A stretch of DNA of 64,000 nt from Bdellovibrionota bacterium. Its GTDB lineage: Bacteria; Bdellovibrionota_C; UBA2361; JBIKUX01. Below the pieces are notes generated by a model. The model saw only the letters and a program-made list of their open reading frames with translations, did not search any database and was not told where the DNA came from. Position numbers and translations under genes: made by a program. Positions 10,099-19,401 of this stretch are shown piece after piece; the first letter of the stretch is position 1, and the number at the start of each line of letters is the position of its first letter. The stretch covers positions 73,235-137,234 of the forward strand of contig JBIKUX010000002.1 in assembly GCA_044347345.1 (NCBI GenBank). The letters are read 5' to 3'.

Positions 10099-10141
10099 TT
10101 TCCATTTTTACACCAGTTTTAGCTTTGGTCATGCGTAAACT

Positions 10142-10180
10142 TTGTTTACTTGGGTTGTTTACTTGGGTTGTTTACTTGGG
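10142..10180. repeat. Perfect tandem repeat, 13 bp x3 (TTGTTTACTTGGG)
   Basis: Read directly from sequence. Confidence 0.95.
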
Positions 10181-10218
10181 TCTATTTCATTTACTTAACA
10201 TTTAGTTACTAAGTAATC

Positions 10219-10707
10219 ATGACTTTCAGTATATCTCCGTATCTTGCTTCAAAGCTAATGGGGGAAGCCCTGCATGAAGCGATGATAGCTGAGGCTCAAG
10301 GAGAAGTACCTATTGGAGCTGTTCTCGCCACTCAAAGAGGCGACATCGTAGCGCGCTCTATTAACAGCGTCACTACTAGTGGAAATCCTTTAGCTCATGC
10401 AGAGGTAAAAGTAATTGAACATTTTTCGAGTACACACCGCTCAACTCGATACGAACAGTGCATTCTGTGCGTTACTGTTGAACCATGCATAATGTGCGCT
10501 GGGGCAATTTTACTGGCTCGCATTCCTATCGTTATATGGGGTACTGAGGAGCCGATTACTGGAGCATTCGGATCAAAACTAGATCTTTGCACTTTGATAC
10601 ACGAAGAGCCTAACGGTATATACCGCCCTGTTCGAAGTATAGGTGGGATACGGAGAGAGGAAGCTAAATTACTAATGCAAAATTTTTTTCGAAAACGAAG
10701 AGCTTAA
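10219..10707 (+). CDS. tadA: tRNA adenosine(34) deaminase
   Basis: EVPIGAV, HAE, EPCIMC zinc motifs and C-terminal FFRKRR. Confidence 0.9.
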   Translation: MTFSISPYLASKLMGEALHEAMIAEAQGEVPIGAVLATQRGDIVARSINSVTTSGNPLAHAEVKVIEHFSSTHRSTRYEQCILCVTVEPCIMCAGAILLARIPIVIWGTEEPITGAFGSKLDLCTLIHEEPNGIYRPVRSIGGIRREEAKLLMQNFFRKRRA

Positions 10708-10797
10708 GAATTTATTATTCTAAAACTCTTTAATAATCTCATCATCGATCCATTATCAATAATAATGTAGGATGTAATTAATTATAAATCCTAACAA

Positions 10798-11118
10798 CTA
10801 CTGTACATCAGTGCCTAATTCTAAAAGCCGTTCATTTAACAACTGACAAAGACTACCTATATCACGAAACGGCGACCGCTCAAGTGAGAAAGCTCGCTCA
10901 TCAGCAAGCGTCACTGAGACTCCAAAATTATCTCTTACTCGCTGTTCAATATCGAGTATGAGGTCAACAAAACCGAGAGAATCTAATGAGCTTTGATTGC
11001 CCAATAGGACTGTATTTAATCCAAGTGAAAGTTGCTGCGAAGGTAAAAGTCGCTCATTAATTTCCCTCACTGCTTCCAATACAAGCTGCTCAATTTCAGG
11101 CTTAACTATCCATTCCAC
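10798..11118 (-). CDS. Acyl carrier protein (stand-alone, atypical)
   Basis: LDSLGFVDLI phosphopantetheine-site motif, SPFRDIGSL tail, acidic 106 aa protein. Confidence 0.8.
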   Translation of the reverse strand: MEWIVKPEIEQLVLEAVREINERLLPSQQLSLGLNTVLLGNQSSLDSLGFVDLILDIEQRVRDNFGVSVTLADERAFSLERSPFRDIGSLCQLLNERLLELGTDVQ

Positions 11119-11129
11119 AGACTAACTCC

Positions 11130-12251
11130 CTAAAGATTGTTTACGAGATTTAGCAATTCATCTGATGATAATGTATCAACACCTTTTTCCTTTATAATAC
11201 GATGAAGCTTGGCAATATTAACATTTTTATCACAACCTAGTTCCTTAAGTTTCTCTTGAAGACCAACAATTCCGCTTAAACGACTGATTGAAACCTCAAG
11301 CCGACGACCGCACAACTCAGGATTAAAAGTGCTCTCAGGAATTTTTCTTAAAAGTTCATGATGAATACCCGTCTCCATATGGAAACAAGTATCTCCAACT
11401 AAAGGCTGATTAGTTCCATACTTAAAACCACTAGCTTTTTGAACTGCCTGAGCAAGACAGTAGATATTTTCGAATGCTATCTTATTATCAAAAGGAGCTT
11501 TATTCTTACGAATAAAATTGGCAAAAGCTACAACTTGCTCAATCGCTGTATTACCACCTCCGTCTCCTAAATTACCGACAGTGACCTCTGCTTGATTGGC
11601 TCCAGCATCAAGTGCTGCAATTGTATTTGCTAAACCCAGACCAATCTGATTATGACAATGAATACTTAACTCTGCCTCAAACGGTAACTCACTACGAATT
11701 ATCCTCACAAGCTCAGTAATCCTTACAGGCTCTAGTGTGCTTTGCGTATCTGCAATTGATATCTGAGTAGCACCAGAATTAGCCGCTAAAACGGCAAGCT
11801 CTACGAGAAACATAGGATCACGATTTCCGGCATAAGTGAGATAAAATTGCACCTCTGGAAATAATCCTCTCCCATAATCAATTGCTTCTCGCGCTCGCTG
11901 AAGCACAAGCTGGCGAGCTTTAGCTCTATCTGTCAAATCAACAAACAGCTCATGAGCGTTAGTAAATGTAGAAAGCCTACTTCTATGTATATGGTCTTCC
12001 AATGCCTCGCGAGCCTGATCTATATCAACCTTTATATCTCGAGCAAACACTGCAAGCTTAACATCTTGGGTAAAATGCCCAATCTCCTGAACACTTTTAA
12101 AATCTCTCTTTGATGCTATCGGAAACCCAGCTTCAATTACATCAACACCTAACTTCTCAAGACATTGAGCTAAGTAAATTTTATCTTCAAGCGAAAACGA
12201 GACATTTGCTCCCCCTTCACCGTCTCTCAAAGTTGTATCAAAGATTTTCAT
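11130..12251 (-). CDS. DRE-TIM metallolyase, LeuA/homocitrate synthase-like, lacking the regulatory domain
   Basis: DTTLRDGE, VDVIEAGFP, IADT, HCHN, GNTAIEQ, TGIH; only 373 aa. Confidence 0.8.
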   Translation of the reverse strand: MKIFDTTLRDGEGGANVSFSLEDKIYLAQCLEKLGVDVIEAGFPIASKRDFKSVQEIGHFTQDVKLAVFARDIKVDIDQAREALEDHIHRSRLSTFTNAHELFVDLTDRAKARQLVLQRAREAIDYGRGLFPEVQFYLTYAGNRDPMFLVELAVLAANSGATQISIADTQSTLEPVRITELVRIIRSELPFEAELSIHCHNQIGLGLANTIAALDAGANQAEVTVGNLGDGGGNTAIEQVVAFANFIRKNKAPFDNKIAFENIYCLAQAVQKASGFKYGTNQPLVGDTCFHMETGIHHELLRKIPESTFNPELCGRRLEVSISRLSGIVGLQEKLKELGCDKNVNIAKLHRIIKEKGVDTLSSDELLNLVNNL

Positions 12252-12357
12252 AAAATAAATCTAAATCACATCTTACATGAAACTATGGACTTAAAATTTT
12301 TGGAATAAAATAAAAATTTATACTCCTTTACTCTTCTATGTTATTTAATTCTGGCCT

Positions 12358-13098
12358 TTGAAATATTGCTCCATCTTTATCAATAACTGTATGACTGATC
12401 CCTTAATTGTTCTTATATCTGGATCACGTAAAGGAATTGGACGATACCTAACAGAACACTACCTTGAGAAAGGAGCTACGGTTATAGGTTGCAGTCGCTC
12501 TCCTTCTGATCTAAATCACAGTGAATACACCCATTTTTGCTTAGATATAGCAAATCAAACATCTGTTAGTGATATGGCAGCTGCTATCCTAACAAAGTAC
12601 AAAAAATTAGATGTACTCATCAATAACGCCGCGATTGGTTCTTATAATCATTCTTTATTGACTCCAGTATCAACGGTGCACAAAATTCTTGCCACTAATC
12701 TCGTTGGCACCATTATATTGGCTCGTGAAGCAGTGAAACTTATGAGACGACACTCTTCAAGGAGAAGAATTGTTAATTTCTCGAGCGTAGCAGTACCTCT
12801 AAATATCGAGGGCGAAGCTATTTATGCTGCCTCAAAATCTGCCGTAGAATCATTCACCAAGATCTTTGCCCGTGAAGTTGCTGAATTTTCTATCACTGTA
12901 AATACTATTGGTCCCACTCCCATTAAGACCGACCTATTAAAAAATATTCCACAATCAAAACTCGATCTTTTAATCCAAAGACAGGCTATTAAGCGCTGGG
13001 GTGAGATGCGAGATATCTCGCATACTATTGATTTCTTAATCGATAAAAATAGTGATTTTATCACTGGTCAGACCATTTATCTCGGCGGGGTAAACTAA
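12358..13098 (+). CDS. Short-chain dehydrogenase/reductase, FabG-like (start probably ATG 12391)
   Basis: SGSRKGIG, NNAA, YAASK, ITGQTIYLGG. Confidence 0.9.
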   Translation: MKYCSIFINNCMTDPLIVLISGSRKGIGRYLTEHYLEKGATVIGCSRSPSDLNHSEYTHFCLDIANQTSVSDMAAAILTKYKKLDVLINNAAIGSYNHSLLTPVSTVHKILATNLVGTIILAREAVKLMRRHSSRRRIVNFSSVAVPLNIEGEAIYAASKSAVESFTKIFAREVAEFSITVNTIGPTPIKTDLLKNIPQSKLDLLIQRQAIKRWGEMRDISHTIDFLIDKNSDFITGQTIYLGGVN

Positions 13099-13126
13099 CA
13101 TAGATAGTAAAAATTTGAGTAAATAA

Positions 13127-14509
13127 ATGAGAACTGAAAATGTTCTTTTGCAAACTTTACACAAACGTAAGTCTGATTGCTTAATAATTTGGCGAGATGA
13201 AGAAATATCTAGTTCCAACATCCTTGCTCTTATCGAATCATACAAACATTTTCTTATCGATCAAGGAATAATCGCCGGCAGCGTTGTCGGGTTACGAAGT
13301 GATTTTTCACCTGCTGCCATCGCTCTTTTAATTATACTTATCGAGATAAAAGCAATTATCGTTTTATTACCTAGTGACGACAAATTTATAAATTCTAATA
13401 TTACCTTAAACAACCTCACCGAAATTGCGGTAATTGAGCATCTTGTAGAGCTATCTCCTGAGCAGAAACTTTCTTATGTTCGATTAAAACCTAAAAGTTA
13501 TCCAAATCATTATAAGTCTCTACGGCAAGCTGATGCTTCAGGTCTGGTTTTATTTTCATCAGGATCCACCGGTAAGCCGAAGGTAATTGTTCACAATTTC
13601 GAGCTACTACTACAGAAATTTAAAGATTATCGAAAACAATTAAGAACAGTAGCTTTTCTTTTTTTTGACCATATAGGAGGCATTAATACACTATGTGCTA
13701 CTATTAGTGCTAACGGATGTCTTATTATACCTGAAGAACGTTCACCAGACCGAGTGTTTAGCACAATAGAGAACCATTGCGGAGAACTTTTACCAACTTC
13801 ACCAAGTTTTCTTCGCCTGAGTCTAGCGAGCGAAGTACACCGTCGTTATGAATTAAAATATCTCAAAAGAATTACCTATGGCACTGAATCAATGCCACAG
13901 TCACTACTTAACCGATTAAATGAAGTATTCCCACAAGTGCAATTTTCACAAACTTACGGATTGTCTGAAATCGGTATTATGCGTGCTAAATCGTTAGAGT
14001 CATCATCCCTTTGGGTCAAATTAGGGGGAGAGGGTACCCAAACTCGAGTGATTAATGGCGAGCTACAAATCAAAGCTCCCTCTGCAATGATCGGTTATCT
14101 AAATGCTCCTGATCCTTTTTTAAAAGATGGCTGGCTCAATACTACTGACAGAGTCGAAGTAAACGGAGAATATATAAAATTTCTGGGACGATCCTCTGAC
14201 ATAATCAACGTAGGTGGAGAAAAGGTTTATCCCCAAGAAATCGAGAGCCTACTCCTTACCTTCCCAAATGTTACTGATGTAGTTGTTTATGGGAAAAAAA
14301 ATCCTGTGGTTGGAGAGATAGTGTGTGCAAAAATACAGATGACTACACCTAATGACAAACGACTGCAAATTAAGCAAATGCAGCAGTTTTGCCGACAGCA
14401 TCTATCTCCCTATAAAATACCGAGAATAATTGAAATCATTGATACAGATTTATCCTACAATGCGCGAGGAAAAAAGGAGCGAAGCTCTTTAAAAGACTCC
14501 ATCAAATAA
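13127..14509 (+). CDS. Class I adenylate-forming enzyme (acyl-CoA/acyl-ACP ligase)
   Basis: FSSGSTGKPK, YGLSE, GR..D.INVGGEKVYP.EIE, KIPR. Confidence 0.9.
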   Translation: MRTENVLLQTLHKRKSDCLIIWRDEEISSSNILALIESYKHFLIDQGIIAGSVVGLRSDFSPAAIALLIILIEIKAIIVLLPSDDKFINSNITLNNLTEIAVIEHLVELSPEQKLSYVRLKPKSYPNHYKSLRQADASGLVLFSSGSTGKPKVIVHNFELLLQKFKDYRKQLRTVAFLFFDHIGGINTLCATISANGCLIIPEERSPDRVFSTIENHCGELLPTSPSFLRLSLASEVHRRYELKYLKRITYGTESMPQSLLNRLNEVFPQVQFSQTYGLSEIGIMRAKSLESSSLWVKLGGEGTQTRVINGELQIKAPSAMIGYLNAPDPFLKDGWLNTTDRVEVNGEYIKFLGRSSDIINVGGEKVYPQEIESLLLTFPNVTDVVVYGKKNPVVGEIVCAKIQMTTPNDKRLQIKQMQQFCRQHLSPYKIPRIIEIIDTDLSYNARGKKERSSLKDSIK

Positions 14510-14528
14510 AGTTAGTTTTAATGATTAG

Positions 14529-14864
14529 TTACGTTATAAAAAGTTCCCTATCAAGAACTTGAGCTAAGTCTGCCGAAGACGGCTGCTTGTAAGAACCATT
14601 TTGTATTTTTGCCTTAATAATCTCTTTTTTCTGACTTTTATCTACTAAACTACTACCATCGGTATCTTTAGCTTGTGAAGACAACCTTTCTTCATCTCTT
14701 AATTTCTCTGCCGTAGCGCTCAAAGAAGGAGCAATAGCTACAGCATCATCAGATACAATAGAATTTTTTTTATCTAAAACTACCTTAGTTTCACTAGCTC
14801 GGCGCCCTGACTCAACAGTAGAATAACCAAAAAGTTGAGACAGAGACCGAATCTTGATTGACAT
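14529..14864 (-). CDS. flgM: Anti-sigma-28 factor FlgM-like protein
   Basis: 111 aa; DAVAI internal motif and C-terminal IKAKIQNGSYK...DLAQVL typical of FlgM. Confidence 0.7.
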   Translation of the reverse strand: MSIKIRSLSQLFGYSTVESGRRASETKVVLDKKNSIVSDDAVAIAPSLSATAEKLRDEERLSSQAKDTDGSSLVDKSQKKEIIKAKIQNGSYKQPSSADLAQVLDRELFIT

Positions 14865-14936
14865 GTTTTTGATTATTATTCCAAAAATCCTAAACTTAAG
14901 GGGGAAAGGCTAAGAACTTTTCCTAATCCGACACAG

Positions 14937-14964
14937 GGGTCGGTAAAAAGCAATATTTTCTTTA
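14937..14964 (-). promoter_or_regulatory. Candidate sigma-28 promoter of flgM
   Basis: TAAA-N16-ACCGACCC on the minus strand about 70 nt upstream of the ATG. Confidence 0.5.
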
Positions 14965-14990
14965 GCATTAAATTTAAAAAATATCTTACC

Positions 14991-15428
14991 GTGAAAATAA
15001 TAACTTTTGGGTCAATTAAAGAACAAAATCTAAGAGCACTTGAAGCCGATTACCTGAAGAGACTGAAAGGAGCGTGGCCTGTAGTTGTAACTGAATTAAA
15101 ATGTGAGTCCAATCCGAGAAAAGAAGCGGAATCTTTACTTTCCTTTTTGCCGAATCGAGCTTTTTTGGTCGCTCTGGATGAAAAAGGTCAACAATTTACC
15201 TCCTCTCTGTTTACTCAATTTCTTGCCGAAAGGCTTAATGACAGCCAAAAACCTCTTTACTTTGCAATAGGTGGAGCTTTTGGATGGGACGAAACCGTTC
15301 GAATCCGTGGAGATCTTATCTTGGCACTTTCGCAACTGACCTTTCCTCATCAACTCGCTCGTCTTATCCTAATTGAGCAGATTTACCGAGCTTATACGAT
15401 AATAAGAGGCATGCCCTACCATAAATAA
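14991..15428 (+). CDS. rlmH: 23S rRNA pseudouridine-1915 N3-methyltransferase
   Basis: ALDEKG, FAIGGAFG, LTFPHQLARLILIEQIYRA, PYHK. Confidence 0.95.
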   Translation: MKIITFGSIKEQNLRALEADYLKRLKGAWPVVVTELKCESNPRKEAESLLSFLPNRAFLVALDEKGQQFTSSLFTQFLAERLNDSQKPLYFAIGGAFGWDETVRIRGDLILALSQLTFPHQLARLILIEQIYRAYTIIRGMPYHK

Positions 15429-15466
15429 TTGATATATTAAAATTTTGTAATTTTTTGAGTTATTAA

Positions 15467-15952
15467 ATGGGAAAGATTAAAAAATTTGCTTCACCACCTG
15501 TTACAAAAATTACTGGCGGTAAAGATCCATTACGTATGGTCGAAGAATTTATTCTTAGGCTAGGTTTTGACCCTGAAAAATGTGAGAAAGAGCGTACAAC
15601 TGAGCTTCTTCGGTGGATGATAGATGTAGGTGGTGGTAGAGAACTAGAAATTCTACTTGAAGGCCTCCGCCATCCAAACGAAACTACCATCTATCTAGGA
15701 CTTGATGTAGTGACAGTTCCTCTAAGAGGTGCAGGAGATATTCTTACTACTGCACTCGAAATAGCTGACGGACTAATTGGAATTAAAGTAAGTTTAGTCG
15801 GCCATGCTCTGGTTCTGAGTGCTAGCCTTGCAGCCAGCGGCATTACATCTGAAGATATTGATTACTACTACCAGTTAATTATTGCTCAGCAAGATTGGTT
15901 TAGAAATGCTTTGTGTGACGAACTCGGGTTAGATGAATTACCTTTAGATTAG
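15467..15952 (+). CDS. YbjN/CesT-like (type III secretion chaperone fold) protein
   Basis: Acidic 161 aa protein with alpha-beta3-alpha-beta2-alpha pattern typical of the class I chaperone/YbjN fold. Confidence 0.45.
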   Translation: MGKIKKFASPPVTKITGGKDPLRMVEEFILRLGFDPEKCEKERTTELLRWMIDVGGGRELEILLEGLRHPNETTIYLGLDVVTVPLRGAGDILTTALEIADGLIGIKVSLVGHALVLSASLAASGITSEDIDYYYQLIIAQQDWFRNALCDELGLDELPLD

Positions 15953-15957
15953 TAGCT

Positions 15958-16842
15958 TTAGGTATTATACGGAAGTATATACGCAGCCCCTGCGATTGCT
16001 ATTTCATGGGATAATAAAGACAAGTTAGGATCGTTTTCAAAATTAGAACCTACCGCAGGTCTGGTAAATTTAGCAGCAACAGCCGTAGGTAGTTCATTAA
16101 TCTTACTTTGCAAAGCTTGCTGTTTAGGTGTTCGAAAATAAATATTCTCTTCCCCAGGTTTTTTTTCTTTTTGATTTAAATTTAGTTCTAACTGAGTGCT
16201 TAATGATCGGAGGGTATTTAGATCCTCAACGTTTAAACTACAAGAAACATGGTTAGGGTGAGGAGGCGGTATATCTTGAGAACTTTTTGTAGATTTTTTT
16301 TGATACTGTTCTAAAGAGGTAGTTATAGGTACGAACTGCTGATTTTGAGGAGGTTTATCTGATTTTTTTGAGCTAGAATCCGGCTTCTTACAGAAGCTGG
16401 CATGAAGTCTTTTAATAACATCAGGAATTCGACCTTCATTAGCATTTAAAAGCGCCTCTATCAGCTCTTGCCTGAGCTGATTTGGATCCTGTATCCCTTC
16501 AGGGATTAATCCATAAATTTCCGCATTTTTAGTAAACAATTTAAAGCGCGGATCTTCTCTTAACTTATCAAACTCCTCAGGAGTTAGATCTTTTAAAAGT
16601 TGCGCTAAATCATAAGCCGCTTTTTTATAGATCTTCCAACCGAATTGAGCACGATCAGCAGAAGTATCAGTTCTAGTTACATACGGTAATCCTGAAGGAT
16701 TATCTTCTCTTAATTGCTCCAGAATACGGCGAATTTCACAAAGGTTAGGGTTTAAATAATTTGGATCTACAGAAGCTTGCGGTAAATTATTATTATCTCC
16801 AAGCAATTTTCTTTCTATATCTGTTTGAAGATTGAGGTTCAT
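15958..16842 (-). CDS. Orphan hypothetical protein, N/Q/P/S-rich
   Basis: 294 aa ORF, no signal peptide, low-complexity stretches. Confidence 0.65.
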   Translation of the reverse strand: MNLNLQTDIERKLLGDNNNLPQASVDPNYLNPNLCEIRRILEQLREDNPSGLPYVTRTDTSADRAQFGWKIYKKAAYDLAQLLKDLTPEEFDKLREDPRFKLFTKNAEIYGLIPEGIQDPNQLRQELIEALLNANEGRIPDVIKRLHASFCKKPDSSSKKSDKPPQNQQFVPITTSLEQYQKKSTKSSQDIPPPHPNHVSCSLNVEDLNTLRSLSTQLELNLNQKEKKPGEENIYFRTPKQQALQSKINELPTAVAAKFTRPAVGSNFENDPNLSLLSHEIAIAGAAYILPYNT

Positions 16843-16881
16843 ATACCTAAATTTAGACCCGCTAAATAAAAGCTAAAGGTC

Positions 16882-16909
16882 ATATCGGCATAAAAACATG
16901 TAAAATAAA
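16882..16909 (-). promoter_or_regulatory. Candidate sigma-28-like promoter
   Basis: Consensus -10 GCCGATAT (16889-16882) with weak -35 TTTA at N16, 40 nt before the ATG at 16842. Confidence 0.45.
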
Positions 16910-16940
16910 AAAAATTATACGGCTGTATAAATTTTTTTAT
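16904..16940. terminator. AT-rich inverted repeat, possible terminator of uvrD
   Basis: A-run TTATAC-GGCT-GTATAA T-run immediately after the uvrD stop. Confidence 0.45.
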
Positions 16941-16946
16941 TAATTA

Positions 16947-19301
16947 TTACTGAATCACGGCTAGTCTAGCATGCTGATAAGCTAATCTCTTAGTCTCACC
17001 AGTACGATCAAATACTACAGTAATCTTGAGGCTAGTAACCTCCTCAACTCCTTCAGTTTCTAAAACTGTACCATCACCAAAAATTGGATGTCTCACTCTA
17101 ACACCCTCACGTAGGGCAGTTGCATCAGCTACCGGAAGAATTGGCATTGATGCCAAATTAGCCTTTAACCCGCTCTTTGAGTCTTTCATCCTAAGGTCAT
17201 CAGCAGAACGAATAATCGGAATATCCGCCGAGTAACTTCCTCCTACCCTTCTACTCCTCAGGCTAAATGTGTCATTACGAAATGATTTACCTCTGGAGTA
17301 ACTTGGTATTTGCTCTCTTACATCTTCACTATTAGACGAATACTTCTCATCGTTTATATCGCCGTAGGAGGTAGGATCTAACTCAATACAATGAGATGGT
17401 ATATCCTGCAAAAAACGGCTCTCCATCCTACAATCTGGGCCATTTCGCGATGCTCGCCAACATGCCCTTGTTAAGTATAAAGACTCCATAGCTCGGGTTA
17501 TTCCAACATAACAAAGCCTACGCTCCTCAGCTAACTCATCATCTTTATCGAAGGTACGAACATGTGGTAACAGACCATCTTCTAATCCGGAAAAAAAGAC
17601 TACGGGAAATTCTAAACCTTTGGCGAGATGAAGCGTCATAAGTGATACAGAACCATTTGTCGAAACATTTTGCACTTCATCACTACCAGATAGGGAAATA
17701 CGATCTAAGAACCGGTAAAGAAGCTCTTGAGGCGTTCGCCCTGAATCCTCTAGCTCCACAGTTCGAGCTAGTGCTGCTAACTCTTCTAAATTTTCAAGAC
17801 GCCCCTCTTCACCTTCCTGTTTTAAACGTTCAGCGTATCCCGTTTGCTCAACTATAAGGCCTATCAATGCTGCAGGTTCACATTTCCTTGAACTTGCTAT
17901 CAAAGAGTCAATTTGCTCAATAAATGAAGCTACCTTGGCGTTCTGTTTTGCAAGCAATCTGGCACCATCAAGGAACGTCCCACTACCTCTTAATTTATCT
18001 ATTGATTCAATTGTTTTTGCTCCTATTCCACGAGGTGGATTACCAATAACCCGAAGAAATGCCTCAGTATCAGAATGGTTCACTATAAGGCGAAGATATC
18101 CTAAAATATCACGAACTTCTTTACGGTCATAAAATCTTAAGCCTCCAAATATCTGATAGGCGATTCCCATCGCTATTAAAGCTTCCTCCAAAGCTCTAGA
18201 TTGGGCGTTGGTGCGGTAAAATATTGCGATATCACGCAAAGATCGACTCTTACAGATTCGTTTTATTTCAGCCGCAATATAAGCAGCTTCATCACCTTCA
18301 TCGCGTGCAATATACAATTTAATCGGATGTCCCTTGGGCCCATCAGTCCACAGCTTCTTTTTTGTACGATTAACATTTTTTTCAACGACGGAATGAGCTG
18401 ATTCTAATATAATAGCGGTTGACCGATAATTTTGTTCTAAAGCAACAACAGGCGCTTCTGGAAAATCTTTTTTAAAACGAAACATATTTTTAACCGTAGC
18501 ACCACGAAATGCATAAATGGCTTGGTCATCATCACCTACCACCATTATATTTCGTTTAGAGCCGGATAATTGCGTGACTATTTCATACTGGATTGGATTA
18601 GTATCTTGAAACTCATCGACAAGAATATGCTCAAGTGAATCTTGCAGAAACTCGCGTACATGATGATGGTTAAAAAGGAGTAACTTAGTGTTAAGCAAAA
18701 GATCGCTAAAATCCATTGCAACAGCTTCTCTGAGACATTCTGCGTATCGCCTGTTTACCTTCTCAAATAGTTCATGTAACTGAGATTGTTTAATAAAAGG
18801 AAGCTTATAGTTATCTGGATCATTCTTTAGGCCATCAATAGCTGCCAGAAACATTCTCGGAGAATATCTCTGAACATCAACTTGAAGTTCTTTTAAAATC
18901 CGCCTAACCAGTTGCTCAACATCAGAGGCATCATAAATAACAAAATCCTTACGATACCCAAGAAGGGTTGCATATCTTCGCAATAAACGAAGGCCGAGAG
19001 AATGAAAGGTACATACCCAAAGTCGCTCACTTGGCTCACCTAAAATACTTTTTAACCGAGACCTCATCTCTCCAGCAGCTTTATTTGTAAAGGTAACAGC
19101 AAGAATTTTTTCTGGTGCTATAAGCCGCTTTGATACTAGGTAAGCGATTCTACGGGTTAAAACACGAGTTTTGCCGCTTCCAGCTCCCGCAACCACCATT
19201 AGTGGCCCGCAGCCATGCTCGACTGCTGTCTGCTGAGGCAAATTGAGTCCACTGAGAAGGTCGGTATTGATTAGTTGAGATTGCATACAGAGCGCAGACA
19301 A
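16947..19301 (-). CDS. uvrD: ATP-dependent DNA helicase UvrD/PcrA
   Basis: AGAGSGKT, VTFTNKAA, VDEFQD, QNYRS, TLHLAKGLEF, EERRLCYVGITRA, C-terminal HPIFG Tudor-like domain. Confidence 0.95.
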   Translation of the reverse strand: MSALCMQSQLINTDLLSGLNLPQQTAVEHGCGPLMVVAGAGSGKTRVLTRRIAYLVSKRLIAPEKILAVTFTNKAAGEMRSRLKSILGEPSERLWVCTFHSLGLRLLRRYATLLGYRKDFVIYDASDVEQLVRRILKELQVDVQRYSPRMFLAAIDGLKNDPDNYKLPFIKQSQLHELFEKVNRRYAECLREAVAMDFSDLLLNTKLLLFNHHHVREFLQDSLEHILVDEFQDTNPIQYEIVTQLSGSKRNIMVVGDDDQAIYAFRGATVKNMFRFKKDFPEAPVVALEQNYRSTAIILESAHSVVEKNVNRTKKKLWTDGPKGHPIKLYIARDEGDEAAYIAAEIKRICKSRSLRDIAIFYRTNAQSRALEEALIAMGIAYQIFGGLRFYDRKEVRDILGYLRLIVNHSDTEAFLRVIGNPPRGIGAKTIESIDKLRGSGTFLDGARLLAKQNAKVASFIEQIDSLIASSRKCEPAALIGLIVEQTGYAERLKQEGEEGRLENLEELAALARTVELEDSGRTPQELLYRFLDRISLSGSDEVQNVSTNGSVSLMTLHLAKGLEFPVVFFSGLEDGLLPHVRTFDKDDELAEERRLCYVGITRAMESLYLTRACWRASRNGPDCRMESRFLQDIPSHCIELDPTSYGDINDEKYSSNSEDVREQIPSYSRGKSFRNDTFSLRSRRVGGSYSADIPIIRSADDLRMKDSKSGLKANLASMPILPVADATALREGVRVRHPIFGDGTVLETEGVEEVTSLKITVVFDRTGETKRLAYQHARLAVIQ

Positions 19302-19401
19302 GCGAAATATGATGTTTTGTCGGTGGGAAGCTACTCTTCCTAGCCATATCAGGTCAACTCCCGAACTTATACTATATAATGTTAACTAGCTAAACCTAAC
19401 C

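Noticed and set aside
10098..14509. tRNA-anchored integrative island
   Set aside because: No integrase and no duplicated tRNA 3' end (att site) found; tadA lies between the tRNA and the cassette
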